A DNA stretch of 47,532 bases, taken from sequence record SRR20825006_287, one strand, 5' to 3'. The translations under genes and the position numbers were made by a program. Every line of letters starts with the position of its first letter. Position 1 is the stretch's first letter. Shown in pieces: positions 39,264-47,532 of this stretch. A model generated the notes under the pieces. That model was given only the letters and a program-made list of their open reading frames with translations, did no database searches and was not told the origin of the DNA.

Positions 39264-40214
39264 ATGCTTTCACGCGTTGCTGAATCCGTTTACTGGATGA
39301 GTCGCCAAGTGGAGCGTGCTGAGAACATCGCACGCTTCTTAGAGGTCACTCTGAACTTGATTCTGGATCAACCTGAGAACTTGGTTGATCCATGGAGTCC
39401 GTTGGTGCAGGTCACCGCTGATGAGGAATGGTTCGAAGAGAAATACGGCAAACCCGATAGTCGCAACGTCGTTCAGTTTCTCGCGTTCGACGATGAGTAT
39501 CCCAACAGCATGGTTTCCTGTTTGCGAGCGGCTCGCGAAAATGCTCGTGGCGTTCGTGAGACTTTGTCCTCGGAAGCGTTCGAACAACTCAATCAGTTTT
39601 ATCACTTCGTTGGCGATGCTTCGCCCGCGGCGGCGATGGACCCGACCAGCCAGTTTTTTGATGATGTTCGAAAGCAGACTTTGCTTTGGAGCGGCGTGTT
39701 TGCCAGCACGATGGCTCAGGACAGTGGATGGCACTTTGCGAACTTGGGCCGCATGCTTGAGCGAGCCGACAAGACATCTCGAATTTTGGATGTGAAGTAC
39801 TTCAACTTGCTGCCGAACTTGGCAGACGTTGGCACGGCGGTTGACGATTTGCAGTGGTCGGCATTGTTGCTGGCAATCAGCGGGTTCGAAGCCTACCGTC
39901 GCGATCACCATCAAATTGAAATTGAGAAGGTCGTTGATTTCTTCCTTTTCAATCGCAGCTTTCCAAGATCGATTCACCACTGCATCGCCTCAGCGAACTG
40001 GTCACTCGGAGAAATCGAGCAAGCTTCCTCCAGCGACATGACCCGTACGGCGGGTCCCATTCTCGACGAACTGCAACATCGTTTAGCTCACACTCAAGTC
40101 GAAGAAGCGCTAGCGGGCGGCATGCACCAATTTGTTGATTCGGTTCAATCCGAAATCAACCGAATTGGTGAAGCTCTTGGACAAGACTATTTTCAAATTT
40201 CGGTGAATTCATGA
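39264..40214 (+). CDS. Alpha-E domain protein (DUF403)
   Basis: MLSRVAESVYWMSRQVERAENIAR, ARENAR, GRMLERADKTSRILDVKY, FPRSI. Confidence 0.95.
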   Translation: MLSRVAESVYWMSRQVERAENIARFLEVTLNLILDQPENLVDPWSPLVQVTADEEWFEEKYGKPDSRNVVQFLAFDDEYPNSMVSCLRAARENARGVRETLSSEAFEQLNQFYHFVGDASPAAAMDPTSQFFDDVRKQTLLWSGVFASTMAQDSGWHFANLGRMLERADKTSRILDVKYFNLLPNLADVGTAVDDLQWSALLLAISGFEAYRRDHHQIEIEKVVDFFLFNRSFPRSIHHCIASANWSLGEIEQASSSDMTRTAGPILDELQHRLAHTQVEEALAGGMHQFVDSVQSEINRIGEALGQDYFQISVNS

Positions 40215-43200
40215 CGATCCGCGTCGCGCTCCATCACAAGACGTCGTACAAATACGAACGACCGATCATGGTCGGTGCTCAACAAGTCCGATTGCGTCCG
40301 GCCTATCACGGTCGAACGCCAATCGTGTCGTACAACTTGGCGATTTCCCCCGAAGATCACTTCTGCAACTGGCAACAGGATCCTTTTGCCAATCCGGTTG
40401 CGCGATTGGTCTTTGAGAAACCGACGGACCATTTCACCGTGTGCGTGGATTTGGTGGCGGACATGACCGTCATCAACCCGTTTGAGTTTTTCGTCGATGA
40501 CTCGGCTCAGGAATGGCCATTCGAATACGATGATCAAGTCAAACGGCAATTGGCCAGCTACCTCGCGCCGGTGGAGATGACGCCCAAGTTTGAGAAATGG
40601 ATCGAGACGCTGCCGAAGAAGTCGGAGCGAATCATCGATTTCTTGGTCGATGTCAATCGAGCGGCCCAATCGAAGATCGATTACAAAATCCGTTTGGAAC
40701 CAGGTGTCCAAACGCCTGAAGAAACGCTGACGCTGTGCAGTGGCTCGTGCCGTGATTCAGCTTGGTTGTTGGTCAACGCGTTTCGTCACATGGGGATGGC
40801 TTCGCGCTTTGTATCGGGTTATCTGATTCAGTTGACCGCGGATCAAGAATCCTTGGATGGACCCAACGGACCGACGGAGGATTTCTGCGATCTGCATGCG
40901 TGGACCGAGGTCTATCTGCCCGGTGCCGGATGGGTTGGATTGGATCCAACCAGCGGTTTGATGGCCGGCGAAGGTCACATCCCGCTGGCCTGCACGCCGA
41001 CATTCACCGATGCCGCGCCAATCATTGGTGGGCATGAACCATGCGAAGTGGAATTCGAACACGAGATGACGGTCACTCGGGTCCACGAAGATCCACGCGT
41101 GACCAAACCGTATGCCGAATCAACTTGGCAGGACATCTTGCAGGCCGGCCGAGCGATTGATGAGCAATTGGAATCGGCTGATGTTCGGTTGACGATGGGT
41201 GGCGAACCCACATTCGTTTCGATCGACAACATGGATGATCCGCAATGGAACACGGATGCCGTTGGTGAAGAGAAAAGAGTGCTCAGCAATGTTTTGCTGA
41301 CTCGTCTGCGAGAACGTTGGGCACCGGGAAGTTTGCTGCACTACGGTCAAGGCAAGTGGTATCCCGGCGAGTCGCTTCCTCGGTGGGCGCTGACTTGTTT
41401 GTGGCGGCGTGATGGACAACCGATTTGGCAGGACGATCAATGGATCGCCGATGAGGGCAAGGATTACGGTCACACTCACCGCGACGCGGAGCGATTTGTA
41501 AAGTCGCTGGCACGTGAGCTGAATGTCAGTGCCCGGATGACGTTCCCCGTTCACGAGGACGTCTTTCATTACTTGTGGCGAGAAAATCGTCTGCCGATCG
41601 ATGTCGATCCGACGGATCCGAAGCTGGAGGATCCCAACGAACGTGCGATGATGATGCGAACGTTCAACGCCGGGCTCGGTTCGCCCGTTGGGTATGTGCT
41701 TCCGGTTCGCCGAGCATGGTGGCAGGCCCGTCCGGGATGGATCAGCGGCCGATGGCCCGTTCGAAGCGAACGCGTGTATTTGATTCCCGGCGATTCGCCG
41801 ATCGGTTTGCGATTGCCCCTGGATCGTCTGCCAGTTGCTTCCGCATCCGAGGCTCCGTTCTACACCGCGCCGATGGATCCAACTGCTCCGCACGGACCGT
41901 TGCCGCCGCCTGAAATGCCGCGTGGCAATGAGCAAGACCCGCGAGGCAATCGACGGGTCGATTCGTCGGACGAGTCACGAGAACGAATTCATCCACAAGT
42001 CTTGGATGAAGAGGACGACGACAATCTGCCGACCAGCGAAGACGTGGTGCAAACGGCGCTGTGTGTGGAGTGTCGATACGGGCGATTGTATGTCTTTATG
42101 CCGCCCACCCAAAGGATCGAGGATTACTTGGATTTGGTCACCGCAGTTGAGCAAACCTGTGCATCGACCAAATTGCCCGTCATCATCGAAGGCTATTTGC
42201 CGCCCGCTGACGATCGAATCGAATTGTTCAAGGTCACTCCTGACCCAGGTGTGATCGAAGTCAACACGCAGCCGACAGGAACTTGGGACGATTTGGTTGA
42301 GTTGACTGAATCACTGTATCACGAAGCTCGCAAGTCACGTCTGGGCACCGAGAAGTTCGACTTGGACGGTTACCACACCGGGACCGGTGGAGGAAACCAC
42401 ATCGTGTTGGGTGGACGCTCCACAAACGAAAGCCCGTTCCTGCGGCGGCCTGATTTGTTGGCCAGCTTCATTCGGTTTTGGAACAATCACCCGTCGCTGT
42501 CATACATGTTCAGCAGTCGGTTCATTGGTCCCACCAGCCAAGCACCTCGGATGGATGAGGCTCGACAAGACGCGGCGTATGAAATGGACATCGCGCTGAG
42601 TCAGTTGCCTCCGGTCGGCAGTGATGTTCCGCCGTGGTTAGTTGACCGCTTGTTTCGGGATCTAATGGTCGATTTGACGGGCAACACTCACCGTGCCGAA
42701 ATTTGTGTCGACAAGTTGTACTCGCCTGACAGTTCAACCGGACGTTTGGGGTTGGTTGAACTGCGTGGCTTTGAAATGCCACCTCACGAACAAATGAGTT
42801 TGGCTCAGTTGTTGTTGATTCGCTCGTGCGTGGCCGCGTTTTGGCAGCAACCTTACGATCGTCCGATTCAACACTGGGGCACTCGTCTTCACGATCAGTT
42901 TTTGTTGCCACACTTTGCCTGGCAGGATCTCACGCAATTGATCGGTGAACTCAACGCCAAGGGCTCGCCGATATCAGCGGATTGGTTCGCGGTGCATCAT
43001 GAGTTTCGTTTCCCATTGATTGGGGAGATGGTTCTCGATGGAATGCGTTTGGAACTCCGCAGTGCGATCGAGCCTTGGTACGTGATGGGTGAAGAACCCG
43101 GATCGAGCGGAACGACTCGATTTGTTGATTCATCTTTGGAACGGTTGCAAGTCTTGGTTGATGGGTTGGAACCGAATCGTCACGCGTTGATGGTCGCTGG

Positions 43201-43558
43201 TCGAGAAGTACCGCTGCATGCGACCGGCGTCGCCGGTCAGTATGTTGCGGGCATTCGATATCGTGCCTGGCAACCGCCTCGATGTTTGCATCCGACGATT
43301 GGGATTCACACCCCATTGCAATTTGATTTGGTTAATCGAGCGGCCAGTCGTTCGATCGGGGGCTGCACCTACCACACCGTTCACCCTGGTGGTTTGAGTC
43401 ACGAGCAGTTCCCGGTCAATCCGAAGGAAGCTGAGTCCAGACGTGCATCTCGTTTCCGTGAGTTGACCCTCACCGGAGGCGAAGTCGTCTTGCCTAGCTT
43501 GCCTCCACGAACGGGCTACGAGCCATTCCCGGTAACGATGGATCTTCGACGTGGTTGA
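40211..43558 (+). CDS. Transglutaminase-like domain fused to DUF2126 (COOH-NH2 ligase / amidoligase)
   Basis: N-terminal VRLRP..NWQQDP; catalytic triad GSCRD / LHAW / GLDPT; ligase motifs MGGEPTF, DPGVIEVN, GTGGGNH, NTHRAE, ELRGFEMPP. Confidence 0.94.
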   Translation: MTIRVALHHKTSYKYERPIMVGAQQVRLRPAYHGRTPIVSYNLAISPEDHFCNWQQDPFANPVARLVFEKPTDHFTVCVDLVADMTVINPFEFFVDDSAQEWPFEYDDQVKRQLASYLAPVEMTPKFEKWIETLPKKSERIIDFLVDVNRAAQSKIDYKIRLEPGVQTPEETLTLCSGSCRDSAWLLVNAFRHMGMASRFVSGYLIQLTADQESLDGPNGPTEDFCDLHAWTEVYLPGAGWVGLDPTSGLMAGEGHIPLACTPTFTDAAPIIGGHEPCEVEFEHEMTVTRVHEDPRVTKPYAESTWQDILQAGRAIDEQLESADVRLTMGGEPTFVSIDNMDDPQWNTDAVGEEKRVLSNVLLTRLRERWAPGSLLHYGQGKWYPGESLPRWALTCLWRRDGQPIWQDDQWIADEGKDYGHTHRDAERFVKSLARELNVSARMTFPVHEDVFHYLWRENRLPIDVDPTDPKLEDPNERAMMMRTFNAGLGSPVGYVLPVRRAWWQARPGWISGRWPVRSERVYLIPGDSPIGLRLPLDRLPVASASEAPFYTAPMDPTAPHGPLPPPEMPRGNEQDPRGNRRVDSSDESRERIHPQVLDEEDDDNLPTSEDVVQTALCVECRYGRLYVFMPPTQRIEDYLDLVTAVEQTCASTKLPVIIEGYLPPADDRIELFKVTPDPGVIEVNTQPTGTWDDLVELTESLYHEARKSRLGTEKFDLDGYHTGTGGGNHIVLGGRSTNESPFLRRPDLLASFIRFWNNHPSLSYMFSSRFIGPTSQAPRMDEARQDAAYEMDIALSQLPPVGSDVPPWLVDRLFRDLMVDLTGNTHRAEICVDKLYSPDSSTGRLGLVELRGFEMPPHEQMSLAQLLLIRSCVAAFWQQPYDRPIQHWGTRLHDQFLLPHFAWQDLTQLIGELNAKGSPISADWFAVHHEFRFPLIGEMVLDGMRLELRSAIEPWYVMGEEPGSSGTTRFVDSSLERLQVLVDGLEPNRHALMVAGREVPLHATGVAGQYVAGIRYRAWQPPRCLHPTIGIHTPLQFDLVNRAASRSIGGCTYHTVHPGGLSHEQFPVNPKEAESRRASRFRELTLTGGEVVLPSLPPRTGYEPFPVTMDLRRG

Positions 43559-43733
43559 TCAAACTTTTTTGCAGTAGTGAATTTGTTGATGTTTGCGTGA
43601 TGTCGGCAAAAAGTCGTCGTTCAATCGGGATTCAGGTCACTCGCTGAATCACCGTCCGCGGTTACAATTGGGCTTCAATGCTCTGCACTGACGAAGACGT
43701 CGACCACGATGGAAAGTCCTCGGGTCGACGCTT

Positions 43734-46385
43734 TTGCCAACTCCGATCGACTCCAAGGTGAACGTGCCGACTCCCACTGCAACAGACACTGCGACTGATT
43801 CGACCACGGGATCGCCACCGGCACTTTCGTTAGGCAGCTATGCTGCGATGGCGGATCGGTTTGACGAGTGTCGTTTGCCCGATGGCACGCTACGACCATG
43901 TTGGAAAAGCATTGCCGATGAGGTCACGAGCCTCGGCAAGTCGGGGCTGAACGACCGCGAATCGCAGATTGAACAATTGATTCGCGAGAACGGATCGACG
44001 TTTCAGATCGACACCGGTGAAGGCACGCAGACACGCCCTTGGCAATTGGCGACCGTGCCGATGGCTATCGCGGAGCAAGATTGGAACCGGTTGGCTACCG
44101 GACTTGCTCAACGGACGCGTGTTCTGGAAGCCATCCTGGCTGATTTGCTTGGGCCTCAACGGCTGATTCGTGAACGCGTTTTGCCACCGGAGTTGTTGTG
44201 GGACAACCCTCGTTTCCTTCGTGTCTATCACAACCTTCCGGTGTCCGCCGGTCATCGGCTGCATCTGGTTGGTTTCGATGTTGCTCGTGCCAGCGATGGT
44301 GCATGGTGGGTCACGGGTGATCGGACCCGGGCGCCGAGCGGTTTGGGCTACCTGCTCGAGAATCGAATTGTTCACGGACGCATTTTTCCGCATCTCAGTC
44401 GCACCGCCAACGTGCGTCGGCTGGCATCCTTCTTCGGATCGATGCGACGTCATTTTCGATCGCTCGCGCCTCGTCAAAACGATAACCCACGAGTGGCATT
44501 GCTGACTCCCGGCCACGGCAGCTATCGCGATTTCGAAGACGCCTATCTCGCTCGGTATTTGGGATACACCTTGGTCCAAGGCCGCGATTTGGCGGTTCGC
44601 GGTGAACGGTTGCATTTGAAAACGTTGGGCGGGTTGCTTCCGATCGAAGTCCTTTGGCGGCATGTGTCTGATCGAAAGTGCGATCCGTTGGAATTGGAGC
44701 CTCATTCAACCGAGGGCGTCACCGGATTGCTGCGATGCAAACGTGGCGGCCAATTGGCGGTTGTGAATTCGATCGGAACTGCGATCGCTGAGATGCCCGC
44801 ACTGATCCCATTCTTACCGGCAGCGGCGAAATTGTTGTTGGGTGAAACGTTGCAATTGCCCAGCGTGGCGACCTATTGGTGCGGGGCGGAAAAGGAACGT
44901 CGATATGTTTTGGAACATCTCGATGAATTGGTTCTGCGAGATGCGTTCGCGGTCAGCGACACGCGGCCGGTGATGCCGGTTCGATGCACCGCCGAAGAAA
45001 AGGAAGCTTTGGTTCGTCGCATCAAGGCCCAACCCAATCGATTTGTTGGGCAACATCGGTTGTCTCACAGCGTCACACCGGTGTGGCATCGAGAGCGATT
45101 CGAACCATGGCACGTTTCACTTCGGACGTTTGTGCTGCAAACCAAGACCAATATCGAAGTGTTGCCGGGTGCACTCGCCCGTGTCAGTCCGAAAGAAGAT
45201 CTGCTGAGCAACTCGCCGACACAGGGTCAACTGACGCAGGATTGTTGGATTGTCAGCGATAAACCGGTCGACCACGAAACCACATTGCTCTCCAACGACG
45301 ATCGCACAATCGTTCTGCGACGCAGTGGAGCTGAGTTGCCCAGTCGTGTAGCGGAACATCTGTTTTGGTTGGGACGTTACGTCGAACGTTGTGAGTCCAT
45401 CGCGAGATTGCTGCGAACGACATTGGCTCGGCTCGTGGGCGAAGACGAACTCAACGACCTACCCGAGATGACGAGACTGGTGGCTGCTTTGGCGGCCGTT
45501 GGACAACTTGAACCTGACTACGCGATTGAGGGCCTCGACGGCGCCATGCCTCAATTGGATAGCGTGCTGCCGTCCAGTGTCTTCGACACCGCCAATCCGC
45601 GTGCCCTGCAAAACTCGGTCGCCAGCGCCCTGCACAACGCGACGGCCGTTCGCGACCGGATCTCACTGGATGCCTATCGCATTTTCCAAAGCGTTCACGC
45701 GGATATCTCGGGTTCGCGAAGACCGACGACGGTCAACGTCTCGCGAGCGATGGAACGGCTCAACCGCTTGATTACTCACTTGATGGCGTTCAGTGGATTG
45801 ACCGCAGAGAGCCTGACAAGAACACATGGATGGCGTTTCGTCTTGCTGGGACGTCGTTTGGAACGCGCCGATCAAACCGCCGAGTTGTTACTTGCTACGA
45901 TGGCTCGTCCGGTCGCTGACGAAGTTGGATTGTGCGAGAGCATTTTGGATGCGACCGACAGCTTGATGACCTATCGATCGCGTTATCTGTCATTGGTTCG
46001 TCCGGCACCCGCGATTGATTTGATGGTCACGGATGAAACCAACCCAAGGTCGCTGCGTTTTCAGCTCAACGACATTCAGCAGTTGCTCAGTGATCTACCG
46101 ACGGAACCAGGCCGTGTCGCATTGGGCGCTGACGAACGATTGGCTCGTGAACTTCAGCACCCGTTGTTGATCGCGGACGTTTCGACTCTCACTGAGGTCA
46201 ACGCGTCGGGCAACCGAGTGGAACTTCAGCGGTTGTTGGAATTGGTTCAAACAAAGATTCCTCAATTGGCAAACGCAATTGCTGGACGATACCTCATTCA
46301 TACTGCACCCGAGCAGACTTTGACTGGCGATCGCGAACAATCACTGGATGAATCCTTGATGCCTCCCGAAGCAACTCAAAGGTGA
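43734..46385 (+). CDS. Circularly permuted ATP-grasp (degenerate) fused to alpha-E domain
   Basis: GLAQRTRVL, DRTRAPSGLGYLLENR, LLTPG, EDAYLARYLGY, LKTLGGL; C-terminal LPSRVAEHLFWLGRYVERCE, GRRLERA, NPRSLRFQL. Start TTG 43734 or GTG 43764. Confidence 0.92.
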   Translation: MPTPIDSKVNVPTPTATDTATDSTTGSPPALSLGSYAAMADRFDECRLPDGTLRPCWKSIADEVTSLGKSGLNDRESQIEQLIRENGSTFQIDTGEGTQTRPWQLATVPMAIAEQDWNRLATGLAQRTRVLEAILADLLGPQRLIRERVLPPELLWDNPRFLRVYHNLPVSAGHRLHLVGFDVARASDGAWWVTGDRTRAPSGLGYLLENRIVHGRIFPHLSRTANVRRLASFFGSMRRHFRSLAPRQNDNPRVALLTPGHGSYRDFEDAYLARYLGYTLVQGRDLAVRGERLHLKTLGGLLPIEVLWRHVSDRKCDPLELEPHSTEGVTGLLRCKRGGQLAVVNSIGTAIAEMPALIPFLPAAAKLLLGETLQLPSVATYWCGAEKERRYVLEHLDELVLRDAFAVSDTRPVMPVRCTAEEKEALVRRIKAQPNRFVGQHRLSHSVTPVWHRERFEPWHVSLRTFVLQTKTNIEVLPGALARVSPKEDLLSNSPTQGQLTQDCWIVSDKPVDHETTLLSNDDRTIVLRRSGAELPSRVAEHLFWLGRYVERCESIARLLRTTLARLVGEDELNDLPEMTRLVAALAAVGQLEPDYAIEGLDGAMPQLDSVLPSSVFDTANPRALQNSVASALHNATAVRDRISLDAYRIFQSVHADISGSRRPTTVNVSRAMERLNRLITHLMAFSGLTAESLTRTHGWRFVLLGRRLERADQTAELLLATMARPVADEVGLCESILDATDSLMTYRSRYLSLVRPAPAIDLMVTDETNPRSLRFQLNDIQQLLSDLPTEPGRVALGADERLARELQHPLLIADVSTLTEVNASGNRVELQRLLELVQTKIPQLANAIAGRYLIHTAPEQTLTGDREQSLDESLMPPEATQR

Positions 46386-47311
46386 ATTCAATGCCTCGGT
46401 CGGTCACTTACGACATCGTTCATGAGACGAAGTACACCTACAGCGAGCCCGTCGCGGTTTGTCTGAATCAGCTTCGCATGCGTCCGCAGACACGGCCTCC
46501 GTCGGTGGTATGCAATCAATGCAACGTCACCATCGAACCGGCACCGGCCAAAGTGGATACGCACCCGGACTACTTTGGCAACGTCGTTGACTCGTTTGCG
46601 ATCGAATCGCATCATGAATCGTTGATGGTCAAAGTCACCAGTCAGGTGCAGGTCAGTGCGGTCAATCCCTTTGATTCGCCAAGCATTCCGACGGTGGCGG
46701 AAGTCGTCCATGCAATTCGAACCGGCCAGACCGAAGCCGATCTCTTTGCCAAGGAATACGTGTTCGCCTCCCCTCGCATTCCCTTGGCCGCTCACTTCGC
46801 CGAATATGCCAGGCCGATTGTGAACGATGCCTCATCGATCTTGGACGCGGTATTGCAGCTGACCAAACACATCCACAATGACTTCCAGTACGATTCCACT
46901 GCCACGGATGTCACCACAACGACCCAGTCTGCGTTTGAGCTAAAGGCGGGTGTGTGTCAGGATTTCTCGCACGTTCAAATCGCCTGTTTGCGAAGCCTTG
47001 GGTTGCCCGCCCGGTACGTCAGTGGCTATCTGCGAACGTTGCCTCCGCCGGGAAAACCTCGTTTGATCGGCAACGATGAATCCCATGCCTGGATCAGCGT
47101 CTACGCGGGCGAAGCACTGGGATGGATCGACTTTGACCCAACCAATGCATGCCAGATTGGCCTCGATCACATCCCGGTTTGCGTTGGTCGCGACTACGAC
47201 GACATCAGTCCTATGCGAGGCATCGTGCTGGGCGGTGGCCAGACGACCCTTGCCGTCAAGGTGGACGTCGCACCGGTCGAACTGCCAACAGAAGTGGGGC
47301 CACCTGCCTGA
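46382..47311 (+). CDS. Transglutaminase family protein with bacterial transglutaminase N-domain
   Basis: HETKYTY, DYFGN, GVCQDFSH, ARYVSGYL, ESHAW, FDPTN, GRDYDDISP. Overlaps the upstream stop (GTGA); alternative ATG at 46391. Confidence 0.94.
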   Translation: MNSMPRSVTYDIVHETKYTYSEPVAVCLNQLRMRPQTRPPSVVCNQCNVTIEPAPAKVDTHPDYFGNVVDSFAIESHHESLMVKVTSQVQVSAVNPFDSPSIPTVAEVVHAIRTGQTEADLFAKEYVFASPRIPLAAHFAEYARPIVNDASSILDAVLQLTKHIHNDFQYDSTATDVTTTTQSAFELKAGVCQDFSHVQIACLRSLGLPARYVSGYLRTLPPPGKPRLIGNDESHAWISVYAGEALGWIDFDPTNACQIGLDHIPVCVGRDYDDISPMRGIVLGGGQTTLAVKVDVAPVELPTEVGPPA

Positions 47312-47508
47312 GGCACCGTTGGACGCCTCTCGCCTCAACGCCTCTTTGCCCATTCGCTATTGGCACCCAGCAACGTCCACAAGGATCTTGTCCATTGCGT
47401 GAACGTCGCTGCTGTGGGAACGATCAATTGATCGACACGCAAATCTGCCGAGCGTAGAGGTCGTGCAGTTTTTTGATGCCGCTCTTCGGCAGATTCCCAC
47501 ACGGCGTA

Positions 47509-47532
47509 CCTCTCCCGAAACGAAGTTTGGGG
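47509..47532. repeat. REP-like palindrome (copy 2, truncated by window end)
   Basis: CCTCTCCCGAAACGAAGTTTGGGG; its reverse complement CCCCAAACTTCGTTTCGGGAGAGG matches positions 49-72 (CCCCAAAACTTTGTTTCGGGAGAG). Confidence 0.65.

Noticed and set aside
37932-44705. Long antisense ORFs (37932-38780, 39339-39980, 41120-41935, 43890-44705; likewise 5566-6291, 1191-1739)
   Set aside because: Shadow ORFs opposite well-supported genes, with no recognisable motifs; typical of GC-rich codon bias.
1-47532. Whole window as a composite transposon or island bounded by the terminal inverted repeats
   Set aside because: No transposase, integrase or tRNA, the cargo includes housekeeping genes, and the repeats look like dispersed REP elements.

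Overview
Gene-dense chromosomal window from a planctomycete, very probably Rhodopirellula (inferred from DUF1559 pilin-like, DUF1501, PSCyt/PSD1 cytochrome and planctomycete-type ECF genes). I can support 34 CDS and found no rRNA, tRNA, CRISPR array, integrase or transposase. The left half is mostly housekeeping and envelope genes: FAH hydrolase, TIM-barrel epimerase, coproheme decarboxylase HemQ/ChdC, MsbA-like ABC exporter, S46 dipeptidyl peptidase, orphan anti-sigma, methyltransferase, PEGA and YfhO-like proteins, a degenerate HD-GYP, LhgO, ArsR plus G3E GTPase, and an O-antigen ligase family protein. Four modules stand out. (1) An ECF sigma factor is translationally coupled to a 1210-aa protein in which an anti-sigma-like N-terminus and TM helix are fused to a planctomycete diheme cytochrome (PSCyt1/DUF1549/DUF1553), followed by a Tat-type DUF1501 protein (20292-26129). 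(2) A DUF1559 pilin-like gene, micro-lipoprotein, heptaheme cytochrome c and TPR cassette (28219-32394). (3) A beta-propeller, PIG-L/BshB1 deacetylase and stand-alone HHxxxDG acyltransferase run (32391-36410). (4) A five-gene peptide-ligation cluster: CP-ATP-grasp, alpha-E, transglutaminase-DUF2126, degenerate ATP-grasp-alpha-E fusion and transglutaminase, whose first enzyme carries a Gln-rich tail (37593-47311). Copies of one REP-like palindrome lie at both window ends. All family calls come from motif recognition by eye; no database search was run.
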